From Planctomycetaceae bacterium (GTDB taxonomy: Bacteria > Planctomycetota > Planctomycetia > Pirellulales > Pirellulaceae), in contig PKCN01000399.1 in assembly GCA_002862205.1 (NCBI GenBank), forward strand, positions 2,738-66,737: a stretch of DNA of 64,000 bases. The letters run 5' to 3'. Below the pieces are notes generated by a model. That model was given only the letters and a program-made list of their open reading frames with translations, ran no database searches and had not been told where the DNA came from. Both the position numbers and the translations under genes were made by a program. Positions 54,702 to 62,242 of this stretch are shown piece after piece. The stretch's first letter is position 1. Each line of letters opens with the position of its first letter.

Positions 54702-55622
54702 TTGTTTCTGACCCAAAGTTGTGATGGTTATAGCCGTACGCAGATTCGGGAGGCAGTGCAGAACGAAGGTGCTGAACTGGACGGTCGTGTCATACGCCCC
54801 AGCATCAAGATTCGCGCCGGTCAAAAGATCAGGTTCCGTGTTCCGCCGCCCCAAAGCGACGACACGATCCCGGAAAACATTCCCTTGGACATTCTATTTG
54901 AAGATGACGGGCTGGTGGTGGTGAACAAGCCTCCCGGGATGGTGGTCCATCCAGCAAGGGGACACTGGACCGGCACGCTAACAAGCGCTTTGGCTTTCCG
55001 GTTTCAGTCGCTCTCTGATGTGGGAGGCCCAACTCGGCCAGGCATTGTGCATCGACTGGACCGCGACACGAGCGGAGCCATTGTGATCGCAAAGACCAAT
55101 GCTGTGCACATTCATTTGGGCCAGCAATTCCATGACCGACTTGTTCAAAAAGAATACTTTGCGATCACAGCCGGACGCATCGATCGAGACCGCGATGTGA
55201 TTGAGGCTTCCATCGGCAGACATCCGTATCAACGCGATAAAATGGCGATACGAGAGGATCATTCGACGAGCAAACCGGCGTCAACCTTTTATGAAGTGAT
55301 TTCTCGACACGGCCGATTCACTCAAGTTCGCCTGCGTCCAAAAACCGGTCGCACCCACCAACTGCGAGTCCACCTCTCGCACATCGGTTGTCCCATTATC
55401 TGCGACCGACTTTACGCAGGTCACAGTCAAATTCACCGCGACCAGTTACAAGGCAAGACTCACTTTGACAACGAGCAGCCGATTTTGGAACGTCAGGCTT
55501 TACATGCCCGCAAACTGACGATTGTCAATCCGCAGAATGGACAGGAAATGACGTTCCACGCCCCCTTGCCCGAAGACTTGCAACGCACGATCAACTGCCT
55601 TGAAAACAGTCAGCAGGATTAA
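54702..55622 (+). CDS. rluD: RluA-family 23S rRNA pseudouridine synthase (RluD-like); true 5' end probably upstream of 54702
   Basis: 306-aa ORF from TTG 54702. S4-like N-terminus. The catalytic motif is HRLDRDTSGAIVIAKT. The upstream in-frame sequence (open from 54552) continues the S4 signature (...VVPESAAGQRIDLFL) but has no ATG/GTG/TTG. Confidence 0.85.
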   Translation: MFLTQSCDGYSRTQIREAVQNEGAELDGRVIRPSIKIRAGQKIRFRVPPPQSDDTIPENIPLDILFEDDGLVVVNKPPGMVVHPARGHWTGTLTSALAFRFQSLSDVGGPTRPGIVHRLDRDTSGAIVIAKTNAVHIHLGQQFHDRLVQKEYFAITAGRIDRDRDVIEASIGRHPYQRDKMAIREDHSTSKPASTFYEVISRHGRFTQVRLRPKTGRTHQLRVHLSHIGCPIICDRLYAGHSQIHRDQLQGKTHFDNEQPILERQALHARKLTIVNPQNGQEMTFHAPLPEDLQRTINCLENSQQD

Positions 55623-55677
55623 GCTTCGGTTTCTCTAAGTCCGACGACACTGTTACGGGCCCAGTTCGCAGCGGCAG

Positions 55678-55727
55678 ATCACTGCACATCACTGCACATC
55701 ACTGGGGATCACTGGGGATCATTGGGC
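55678..55727. repeat. 10-nt tandem repeat x5 (ATCACTGCAC x2, ATCACTGGGG x2, ATCATTGGGC)
   Basis: Read directly, in the convergent gap between the rluD-like stop (55622) and the sdaA stop (55817). Confidence 0.93.
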
Positions 55728-55816
55728 ACAGGAACATCAGGTGGCCAAGAAAACCAGCGGCTCGGTTGTCGACCACTGCCCGGGCCGCATGACACGCAAC
55801 CAATCGCTGGGCCTTG

Positions 55817-57409
55817 TTAGCAGCTGCAATTCCCACAGCCTTCCAAACGTTTCTGGATGGCAAGTGAAGTAGGTGTGACCGCCAATCCACCGAGCGCGGT
55901 GCACCGATGCTCTCTCGGCATTCGTTCGGCCACTGCTTTTGCCGCCGCAATGGTTTCGTCGAAGGGAATCACGGCATCGAATCCGGCCAGTGACATGTTG
56001 GCTGCTGACAACGCATTACTGACAGCTAGAACATTTTTCCCGAGACACGGCACCTCAACACGGTTTGCCACAGGATCACAAATCAGGCCGAGCATATTCT
56101 GCATCGCCATCGACGCTGCTCCGCACGCCGTTGCGGCGTCTCCCCCCATGAAGGTTACCAGGGCAGCAGCCGACATCGCCGAAGCTGAACCGCCCTCGGC
56201 TTGGCAGCCTCCCACCTCGGCTGCAAAACTCCAGTGGGTTGCAATGAAAACCCCCACCATACCACCGGCCAACATTCCTCTGGCTATCTCACCATCACTC
56301 ATTTTTTTGTTCTCGCCAATGGCGAGGCAGGCGGCCGGAAAGGCAGCGCAGGCTCCCGCCGTCGGTGCAGCCACGATCACACCCATCGAGCTTTTCACTT
56401 CCATCAATGCTGCGGTGTAAAGCACCATGCGATTGAGGATTCCACTATCCAAGAGCAATCCTGATTCCATGGCCTGCTGATACCCACCTGACTGAAATCC
56501 AAGGACTCGGTCCTCGTAGCTTGTTCCAGCCAACCCTTGGTCAACACTATGCCGAAGTATCCTTACAATCCCGCACATTTTTTCAATCAACTCGGCTTCG
56601 CCCAACCCGCTTCGAGCCGCTTCGTAATGCAGAGCTAAATCAGTTAAGGAAAGCGAGGTGAGGTCATTTTCCGAGGCCTGTCTTTCTGCGTACTTCAACA
56701 TCGCATCGCAAGTCTGAAAAGGAACCTTGAGTTCCTTCCGCGATCTGACGGGCAAGACCGCTGCTGCGTGATTGATTTGCCTGATCGAATCCGCTGAAAC
56801 CAAAGCCTCGATCCGTTGGCGTTCAATGGGCTGCTGCGCCTGCACGTGGACCAAGGTTACCTCAGTCCCAGTAGCGATCGACACCTCGTCCGCCCCTAAC
56901 TCATCACAGAGAGTTTGTGGATCCAAACTGGCAAGCTGGGCGTTACCCCATATCAAAGTTTCGTCAAAATCACCGCCGATTGAAACAGCCGCTCCGTCAA
57001 TCTCAACAATTTCAAACATGCCGCCCCCTGTCGAGATGGCAATCACTTGATGCTGGTGGTTGGCACTTTTCAAGGTCAGGCGATAGGTATTCGGATGCGG
57101 ATCACCGTACTCGCCATACTCAAACTCCAAGTCGATGCCCGCCTTCTTCAACCACTGCGCTGAATCAGGCAACCGGTCATCATCGGCAGCCCATCCCAAC
57201 AAACCGCCGAACAAACCCATATCCGAGCCCTGACTCTGATGCGTTGCGGGCAAAGCCCCCCCCGTATCAAACTGAACCAAAACGTGTTCGATTTCACCCT
57301 CCATCAGATCACGCGAAATTCGCCCTATCCGCAACGCGGCCGCGCAGTGCGAACTGGAAGGTCCTCGCATCACCGGACCAACCACATCATTGAAAATGCT
57401 GACAAGCAT
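55817..57409 (-). CDS. sdaA: L-serine ammonia-lyase (iron-sulfur dependent, fused beta+alpha form)
   Basis: 530 aa. The N-terminus is SIFNDVVGPVMRGPSSSHCAAALRIG. The alpha-domain blocks are VIVAAPTAGACAAFPA, EVGGCQAEGGSASAMSAA and GLICDPVANRVEVPCLGKN. Confidence 0.92.
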   Translation of the reverse strand: MLVSIFNDVVGPVMRGPSSSHCAAALRIGRISRDLMEGEIEHVLVQFDTGGALPATHQSQGSDMGLFGGLLGWAADDDRLPDSAQWLKKAGIDLEFEYGEYGDPHPNTYRLTLKSANHQHQVIAISTGGGMFEIVEIDGAAVSIGGDFDETLIWGNAQLASLDPQTLCDELGADEVSIATGTEVTLVHVQAQQPIERQRIEALVSADSIRQINHAAAVLPVRSRKELKVPFQTCDAMLKYAERQASENDLTSLSLTDLALHYEAARSGLGEAELIEKMCGIVRILRHSVDQGLAGTSYEDRVLGFQSGGYQQAMESGLLLDSGILNRMVLYTAALMEVKSSMGVIVAAPTAGACAAFPAACLAIGENKKMSDGEIARGMLAGGMVGVFIATHWSFAAEVGGCQAEGGSASAMSAAALVTFMGGDAATACGAASMAMQNMLGLICDPVANRVEVPCLGKNVLAVSNALSAANMSLAGFDAVIPFDETIAAAKAVAERMPREHRCTALGGLAVTPTSLAIQKRLEGCGNCSC

Positions 57410-57740
57410 AGCTACCTCTCATTGCGTCGTATTCAGAGACGTCACGTTCTGTAAGGGAACGACATCATTTCAGCGCAGCTACGTTCCACGCACACTTCAA
57501 ATCACACCACCCCAATCATGCTGAGTCAACACCTTGTTTGAGTTTCGGCACGGAAGGAGTGCCGAGACGAAAGCCTGCCGCTTCGAAACTGGGAAAAACA
57601 GCTCCTCCGGTGATGAAAGTGGGCCCGCACAGCGCTGACTGCCCAAAATTGATTTTTTTGCAGATTCCATCGCAACAATAACGACTCAACCTCACCCCGT
57701 TGCCTCAAGACGCACTTGGTTACCTGAAGGGCAGCCTCAT

Positions 57741-57780
57741 CCACTGCCCCGCAGAACCACTGCCCCGCAGAACCACCGCA
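57741..57780. repeat. Perfect 16-nt tandem repeat x2.5 (CCACTGCCCCGCAGAA)
   Basis: Read directly, in the 650-nt divergent gap between sdaA (-) and the 58062 gene (+). Confidence 0.95.
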
Positions 57781-58061
57781 TCTGCCAGTCACCCAAACAT
57801 CCAAAATCCTCCACCACCTCCATCCCGATTCCATAGAAAATTCGGGTCCTCGCTTCCACGTAAACACCGCAGATAAGCTGACGACTGCTGATGAAACCCG
57901 ATTGTCCGTCGTGCACAGCCTGTTTTGGCTGGAGAAGATAAAACGATTCTGCCGATCATCCGGAGTGGAGGGCGGAGGACGCACGCGCTGATGCGCGGTG
58001 AAGCGATCTTCCACAGCGTGATTTTGCGCACTGACAAAGTTCAGTAGAAAGAGATCGGACC

Positions 58062-59075
58062 ATGCGAATTTCGATAAAACGAGTCATTGCTCTGGTAGCA
58101 GTGGCTGTGGTTGGAAGCAGCCAGACCCCAAACCTGCTCGCCCAACGCCCGGTCGTTCCCGGTACGGGAGCCGAGATTGTCGGGGTCGCGGATGACTTCG
58201 AAGATCCGGAATGGAATTACATTCCGCGAAATCCCAAAAGCACCGAAGACATTGACGAAAAACAGCGTGGCCCCATGGGACGCACCACCAATGGAAGGTG
58301 GTATGAGGGAATCAAACGTGGTCATCCTGACATTGTCAAAAGGGTCTCCACGCCAACGGGTGGACTGCCCGAAAGTAACGGTGCCATGCTGTTGCAGTCA
58401 AAATATACCGGCATTCCCAACAAGCCGTCAGGGAAAATGGGACAGGACGATTTCGTTGCCAATGTCCAGTACCGTCTACGACGCAAGCTCAAGGTTTCCG
58501 AAGTCCCTAGTGTGACCACCCGGGTTTTTCTTCCCCCGGTGTCAGAATGGGAGAACCGCACGGGACCTCATTTCGGCTTCAGGCTCGCGCTTGAAACCAC
58601 AGCAATGGTCGACAAGGAATCCGGCTTCGGAATCTTCAAACGTACTACCCGAGAAATAGGCAACGAAATCTATTGGCCAGGTATGTTCATCGAATTCGAG
58701 AACAAGAGTCAATCCAGAAAAGAAAACGACTATGCGACGATTCGGATTCGTGGAAACAAAAGCGGCAAAGATTTCACTGGACCCCAAATCACTAGCACAG
58801 GGTGGTGGACGCTGGGCATGAGCGTCACGCCTGATGGGATGGTGCACTACTATGCCTCGCCAGGCGTGGATGATTTAACCGAAGATGACTACATCACAAG
58901 TCAATTCCCCTACGATTATCGAGCCGAGCGATTTAGAACATTTTTCTACAACGTGTGCAGTGCCAATGATGGCAAGCGTTGGAGCACAGCATTTGTCGTT
59001 GACGATCCAAAGGTATTTGTCTTGCGACCAGCCAACAAACTCGCAACCAAGCCAAGCGATTCCACCAATCGTTGA
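58062..59075 (+). CDS. Hypothetical secreted protein (no recognisable domain)
   Basis: 337-aa ORF with the signal peptide MRISIKRVIALVAVAVVGSSQTPNLLAQ. It has non-repetitive, beta-rich-looking composition and is followed by a strong hairpin. Confidence 0.7.
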   Translation: MRISIKRVIALVAVAVVGSSQTPNLLAQRPVVPGTGAEIVGVADDFEDPEWNYIPRNPKSTEDIDEKQRGPMGRTTNGRWYEGIKRGHPDIVKRVSTPTGGLPESNGAMLLQSKYTGIPNKPSGKMGQDDFVANVQYRLRRKLKVSEVPSVTTRVFLPPVSEWENRTGPHFGFRLALETTAMVDKESGFGIFKRTTREIGNEIYWPGMFIEFENKSQSRKENDYATIRIRGNKSGKDFTGPQITSTGWWTLGMSVTPDGMVHYYASPGVDDLTEDDYITSQFPYDYRAERFRTFFYNVCSANDGKRWSTAFVVDDPKVFVLRPANKLATKPSDSTNR

Positions 59076-59100
59076 TTCGTGTCATTTACCAACGCAATCA

Positions 59101-59142
59101 ACGACAACAGCCCATTCATGAACATGCATGGGCTGTTGTCGT
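59101..59142 (+). terminator. Long perfect hairpin (14-15-bp stem), probable (bidirectional?) terminator
   Basis: acgacaacagccca (59101-59114) pairs perfectly with tgggctgttgtcgt (59129-59142). It lies 26 nt after the stop at 59075. No strong T-tract follows, so a terminator function is inferred only. Confidence 0.5.
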
Positions 59143-59350
59143 GATGTTAAAGTTTTCTCACGCCATCATCAGATGTGAAATACGTCTTAACTCTCTGCTT
59201 GCCAGCTCGTCAAACCACCATACGTGAAAGGGAAGGGAAGGCAAACTTCAGAATCCTCCTTGCGACCATGCAGATCATCGTGCAACAAACAAACCACAAG
59301 GCGTTGCAGAGCGAACTGAAACCGCTGAAGCAATGCAGCCAGGCAACAAC

Positions 59351-59389
59351 CACTCGTCTAGCTCACTCGTCTAGCTCACTCGTCTAGCC
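59351..59389. repeat. 13-nt tandem repeat x3 (CACTCGTCTAGCT; last copy ends C)
   Basis: Read directly, ending 16 nt from the stop of the minus-strand gene 59406..60227. Confidence 0.95.
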
Positions 59390-59405
59390 CGATCATGGTT
59401 CCACC

Positions 59406-60227
59406 TCATGAACACAACGCTCTCGCTTTGAGCATATTTTCCATGCTCTGCGTCACCAGCGTTTCAATGCCCGGTTCATAATCGAACACTTCAACACTGA
59501 CCCAACCGTCATAGCCAATGTCCTGCAGGGCCTGAAAGATCGGCACGAAATCGACGGTCCCCATTCCGGGTCCCTGTCGGTTGGGGTCATTGGCATGAAA
59601 ATGGATCATCGCATCGGCATTATCCGTGATGATCTGGGGTACAGGGGTTTGCTCATCGCTCATCGCCTTGACATCCAGATGTAGTTTTACCTGCTCGCTG
59701 TCAATCATTTTCTGCAACTCACGTCCTTTTGTAGCAGTCAGCAAGAAGTTCCCTTCTTCATGGCCCAGCGGCTCCAATGCAATCTGCACCTGCGTCTCTT
59801 CCAGCACTGGCACCGCGGCGCGGATCACATCTGCGGCGTTCTGCATCGCTGATTCCATCGACTGCCCTTCGGGTACATTTCGCTGTTGCGGCGAACCAAG
59901 CACCATCACCTTACCACCAAGATCACTGCACAATCTTGCAAGTTCTTTGAGGTAATCCGTGGTCCGCGTGCGCGTTTCACGATCCAGCGTCGTCAAATGC
60001 AGACCCTGTGTTTTTGCAAGCAGCCAATGGAGTCCGGTGATTTCAAATCCCGCCGCCTCCACTTGTTGCCGGTAAGCATGTCGCTCGGCTGCGCCAAATG
60101 AATGCAAGTCCTCCGTCAACATGAACGGCGCAACCTCCCAGCCCGTGTAGCCGGCGTCGCTCGCGTAGGCCAATGCCCGATCCAGCGGCCAGTCACCAAA
60201 CGTTTCGTTACAGATTGCATATTTCAT
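59406..60227 (-). CDS. Sugar phosphate isomerase/epimerase (xylose isomerase-like TIM barrel)
   Basis: 273 aa. It has the AP-endonuclease-2 / xylose-isomerase-like TIM pattern: MKYAICNETFGDW..., GYTGWEVAP, IALEPLGHEEGNF, HFHANDPN, GYDGWVSVEVFD. Confidence 0.85.
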   Translation of the reverse strand: MKYAICNETFGDWPLDRALAYASDAGYTGWEVAPFMLTEDLHSFGAAERHAYRQQVEAAGFEITGLHWLLAKTQGLHLTTLDRETRTRTTDYLKELARLCSDLGGKVMVLGSPQQRNVPEGQSMESAMQNAADVIRAAVPVLEETQVQIALEPLGHEEGNFLLTATKGRELQKMIDSEQVKLHLDVKAMSDEQTPVPQIITDNADAMIHFHANDPNRQGPGMGTVDFVPIFQALQDIGYDGWVSVEVFDYEPGIETLVTQSMENMLKARALCS

Positions 60228-60425
60228 GATTCGATTGTTTCCCCAATGAAGAAAATGAATATTTGCAGGTTACCTGAAACCGTGCATCACCCTGTCCCGG
60301 TGTCCTGAGCACGACAAGAATACCCTCAATGTCACGACACAGGTTGAAGGACGGAAATGGTGGGAACCGTCGTTCCCAACTCGACCAACAGCGCCCCAAA
60401 AACGTTAGAAGAACCAACACGAACA

Positions 60426-61949
60426 TCACTTCGGTTGCACGTCAACTGTTAGCCGTTTTGTTTGACTGAATGCGACTTGGCTGGCAAGTTTTCCGTAGGC
60501 AAATTCATTGATTGCAACAGTCACTTTGGGCTTGTTCTCACCACACTTGGTCAAGATTCCGATCTTGGCAGCGTTCCCCAACCCTGAGGCGAAGACCCCG
60601 CTACCGGAAACGGTCTCTTTACCCGATTGCGCGAGCCAGTGAAATTGTTTTTTGTCATTACTGTCACGACACACCGCCAAGGTAATCTCATTGTCCTTGG
60701 AACCGACGATCTCTCCGGCCTTCACGCCATTGATCCGAATCTCCACCACCTCCGACCGGGGACAAAGATGCACACGTAACCCACCGACCATCAAACCCAC
60801 TCGGACGTTCGTAGGCGTTGCACTGTTGAGATTTGTTTTAACCACCACGGTTTCACCGACCCCCAGCTCGTTCCCCTTGAGGGCAAGGCTACCCATTTTT
60901 CCTGACGGCTTCGAGGGCTGCACTACTAATTTGCCATCCGCAGTGGTCAGTGCGGATTTGAGATTGGATACGTCAAAGTCTTGATCCAAAGGTGCCGCAA
61001 AATCTTTGGTCACCTGCAAACCAGCTAACCAGTTCTCAGGCAGCTTGATCGACTGATTCTCGGGTAGAGCATCCCCGGCTGATGGGTTCTTGTCCGACTT
61101 GCTGCCGTCTTGCTGAGCACCGTCTTTCCGCCCCCCCCTGCGCATCGCATTCTCGGGCCCCTTGGATGATTCAATCAACAGACCGTCTTGAGCCAGAAGC
61201 AATTCCAGCGAGCTTTTTTGCCCACTTGGGCGTACCTTCGGTTTTCTGGGGGCATCAGGCATCACTTGACTCTGCCCCACCCTGCCCGAGGTGCTGGCAC
61301 CGTTTGCGCTCGCCTGCCCCGCACCTCTCGCTGTTACCGGAGCGGTGCGTCGCGACTTGCCAGAATTACCTCCACGTGACCCAGGTAAAGAAGCAGCCAC
61401 AGAAGCAACCCGCCGTGCTCTGGTATTGTTGTAGTAGACGAAGCCAACCGCACTGATGAACAACACTGAGGCGGAAACGACATGAACTCGCCAATCGTTT
61501 AGAAGCGACTTTCTTCGCAAAGGTCGCACCGGCGCGGGCTGGTTGCCAGCTTCCTCTGCCGAGTCGGATGCCACCGGAGGAGGCTTTTCGAGCCCGCCGT
61601 GCTCGACAGGAGGAATGAAGAGGGGTGGTGGTTCTGGCACCGATTCACCGGGTTGCGGCGCATCACGCATTTGCAACGAATCATCATACGCCTGTTTTGC
61701 GTCAGATCCCAACAGAGTGCGTCGTGCTTTAGCCACTTCGCTCAGGAGCTGTTGCACGGATTCACGATTCGGGCCTGCGGCCATCGGGTGCAAATACGCG
61801 GTGGTTTTTTTGGCAGCGGCATCAATGGCAGCCAAGTCGTCCTCAAAGTCGTCCAAGCCGAGTAGGCGATAGAAATTCGGCGGCTGGTCCTCAGGTGGTA
61901 TCTCCAACCATTCCCAGTAGGGGTCAAACATTTCGGTCGAATCTGACAT
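60426..61949 (-). CDS. Membrane-anchored protein with degenerate N-terminal J-like domain (HPD -> HPM)
   Basis: 507 aa. The N-terminus is FYRLLGLDDFEDDLAAIDAAAKKTTAYLHPMAAGPN...AKARRTLLGSDAKQAYDDSL (J-domain helix II/III pattern). One TM is present (VHVVSASVLFISAVGFVYY). A basic low-complexity linker and a beta-rich C-terminal domain follow. Confidence 0.72.
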   Translation of the reverse strand: MSDSTEMFDPYWEWLEIPPEDQPPNFYRLLGLDDFEDDLAAIDAAAKKTTAYLHPMAAGPNRESVQQLLSEVAKARRTLLGSDAKQAYDDSLQMRDAPQPGESVPEPPPLFIPPVEHGGLEKPPPVASDSAEEAGNQPAPVRPLRRKSLLNDWRVHVVSASVLFISAVGFVYYNNTRARRVASVAASLPGSRGGNSGKSRRTAPVTARGAGQASANGASTSGRVGQSQVMPDAPRKPKVRPSGQKSSLELLLAQDGLLIESSKGPENAMRRGGRKDGAQQDGSKSDKNPSAGDALPENQSIKLPENWLAGLQVTKDFAAPLDQDFDVSNLKSALTTADGKLVVQPSKPSGKMGSLALKGNELGVGETVVVKTNLNSATPTNVRVGLMVGGLRVHLCPRSEVVEIRINGVKAGEIVGSKDNEITLAVCRDSNDKKQFHWLAQSGKETVSGSGVFASGLGNAAKIGILTKCGENKPKVTVAINEFAYGKLASQVAFSQTKRLTVDVQPK

Positions 61950-62186
61950 GTCGTTTATTTGAATAGGCGTTACAGACCACCGAACATCCTTGCGGTCTCG
62001 GCTGCTGACCTGATTCTACACTCCCGTGCGGCTTCTTACTGCCCTCAGCCTCCCTGATGCCCTTCAAAGGTGGCTTGAGGCGGGAATTCGACTGCTATGA
62101 CCGGTGCAAACTGACATCCCCACACGGCACACCCGGGCTGGCTGAGCCAAGGTTGCTGCCGTCTTCGTTGGAAAACCAGTCCTCGC

Positions 62187-62242
62187 CGGCTCACTGACCG
62201 GCTCACTGAACGGCTCACTGAACGGCTCACTGACCGGCTGAC
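62187..62242. repeat. 12-nt tandem repeat x4.7 (CGGCTCACTGAM) overlapping the stop codon of the 62227 gene
   Basis: Read directly. On the minus strand each unit reads GCC GKT CAG TGA in the gene frame, giving four successive in-frame TGA codons. Confidence 0.95.

Noticed and set aside
60362-60377. Small hairpin gggaac-cgtc-gttccc downstream of the J-like gene, considered as a possible terminator.
   Set aside because: It has a 6-bp stem and no U-tract, which is within chance expectation.
17081-62242. The possibility that the short tandem arrays are CRISPR arrays or remnants.
   Set aside because: The units are contiguous with no spacers. They are 4-22 nt long, below typical CRISPR repeat length, and number only 2-5 copies. 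No cas genes are present in the window.
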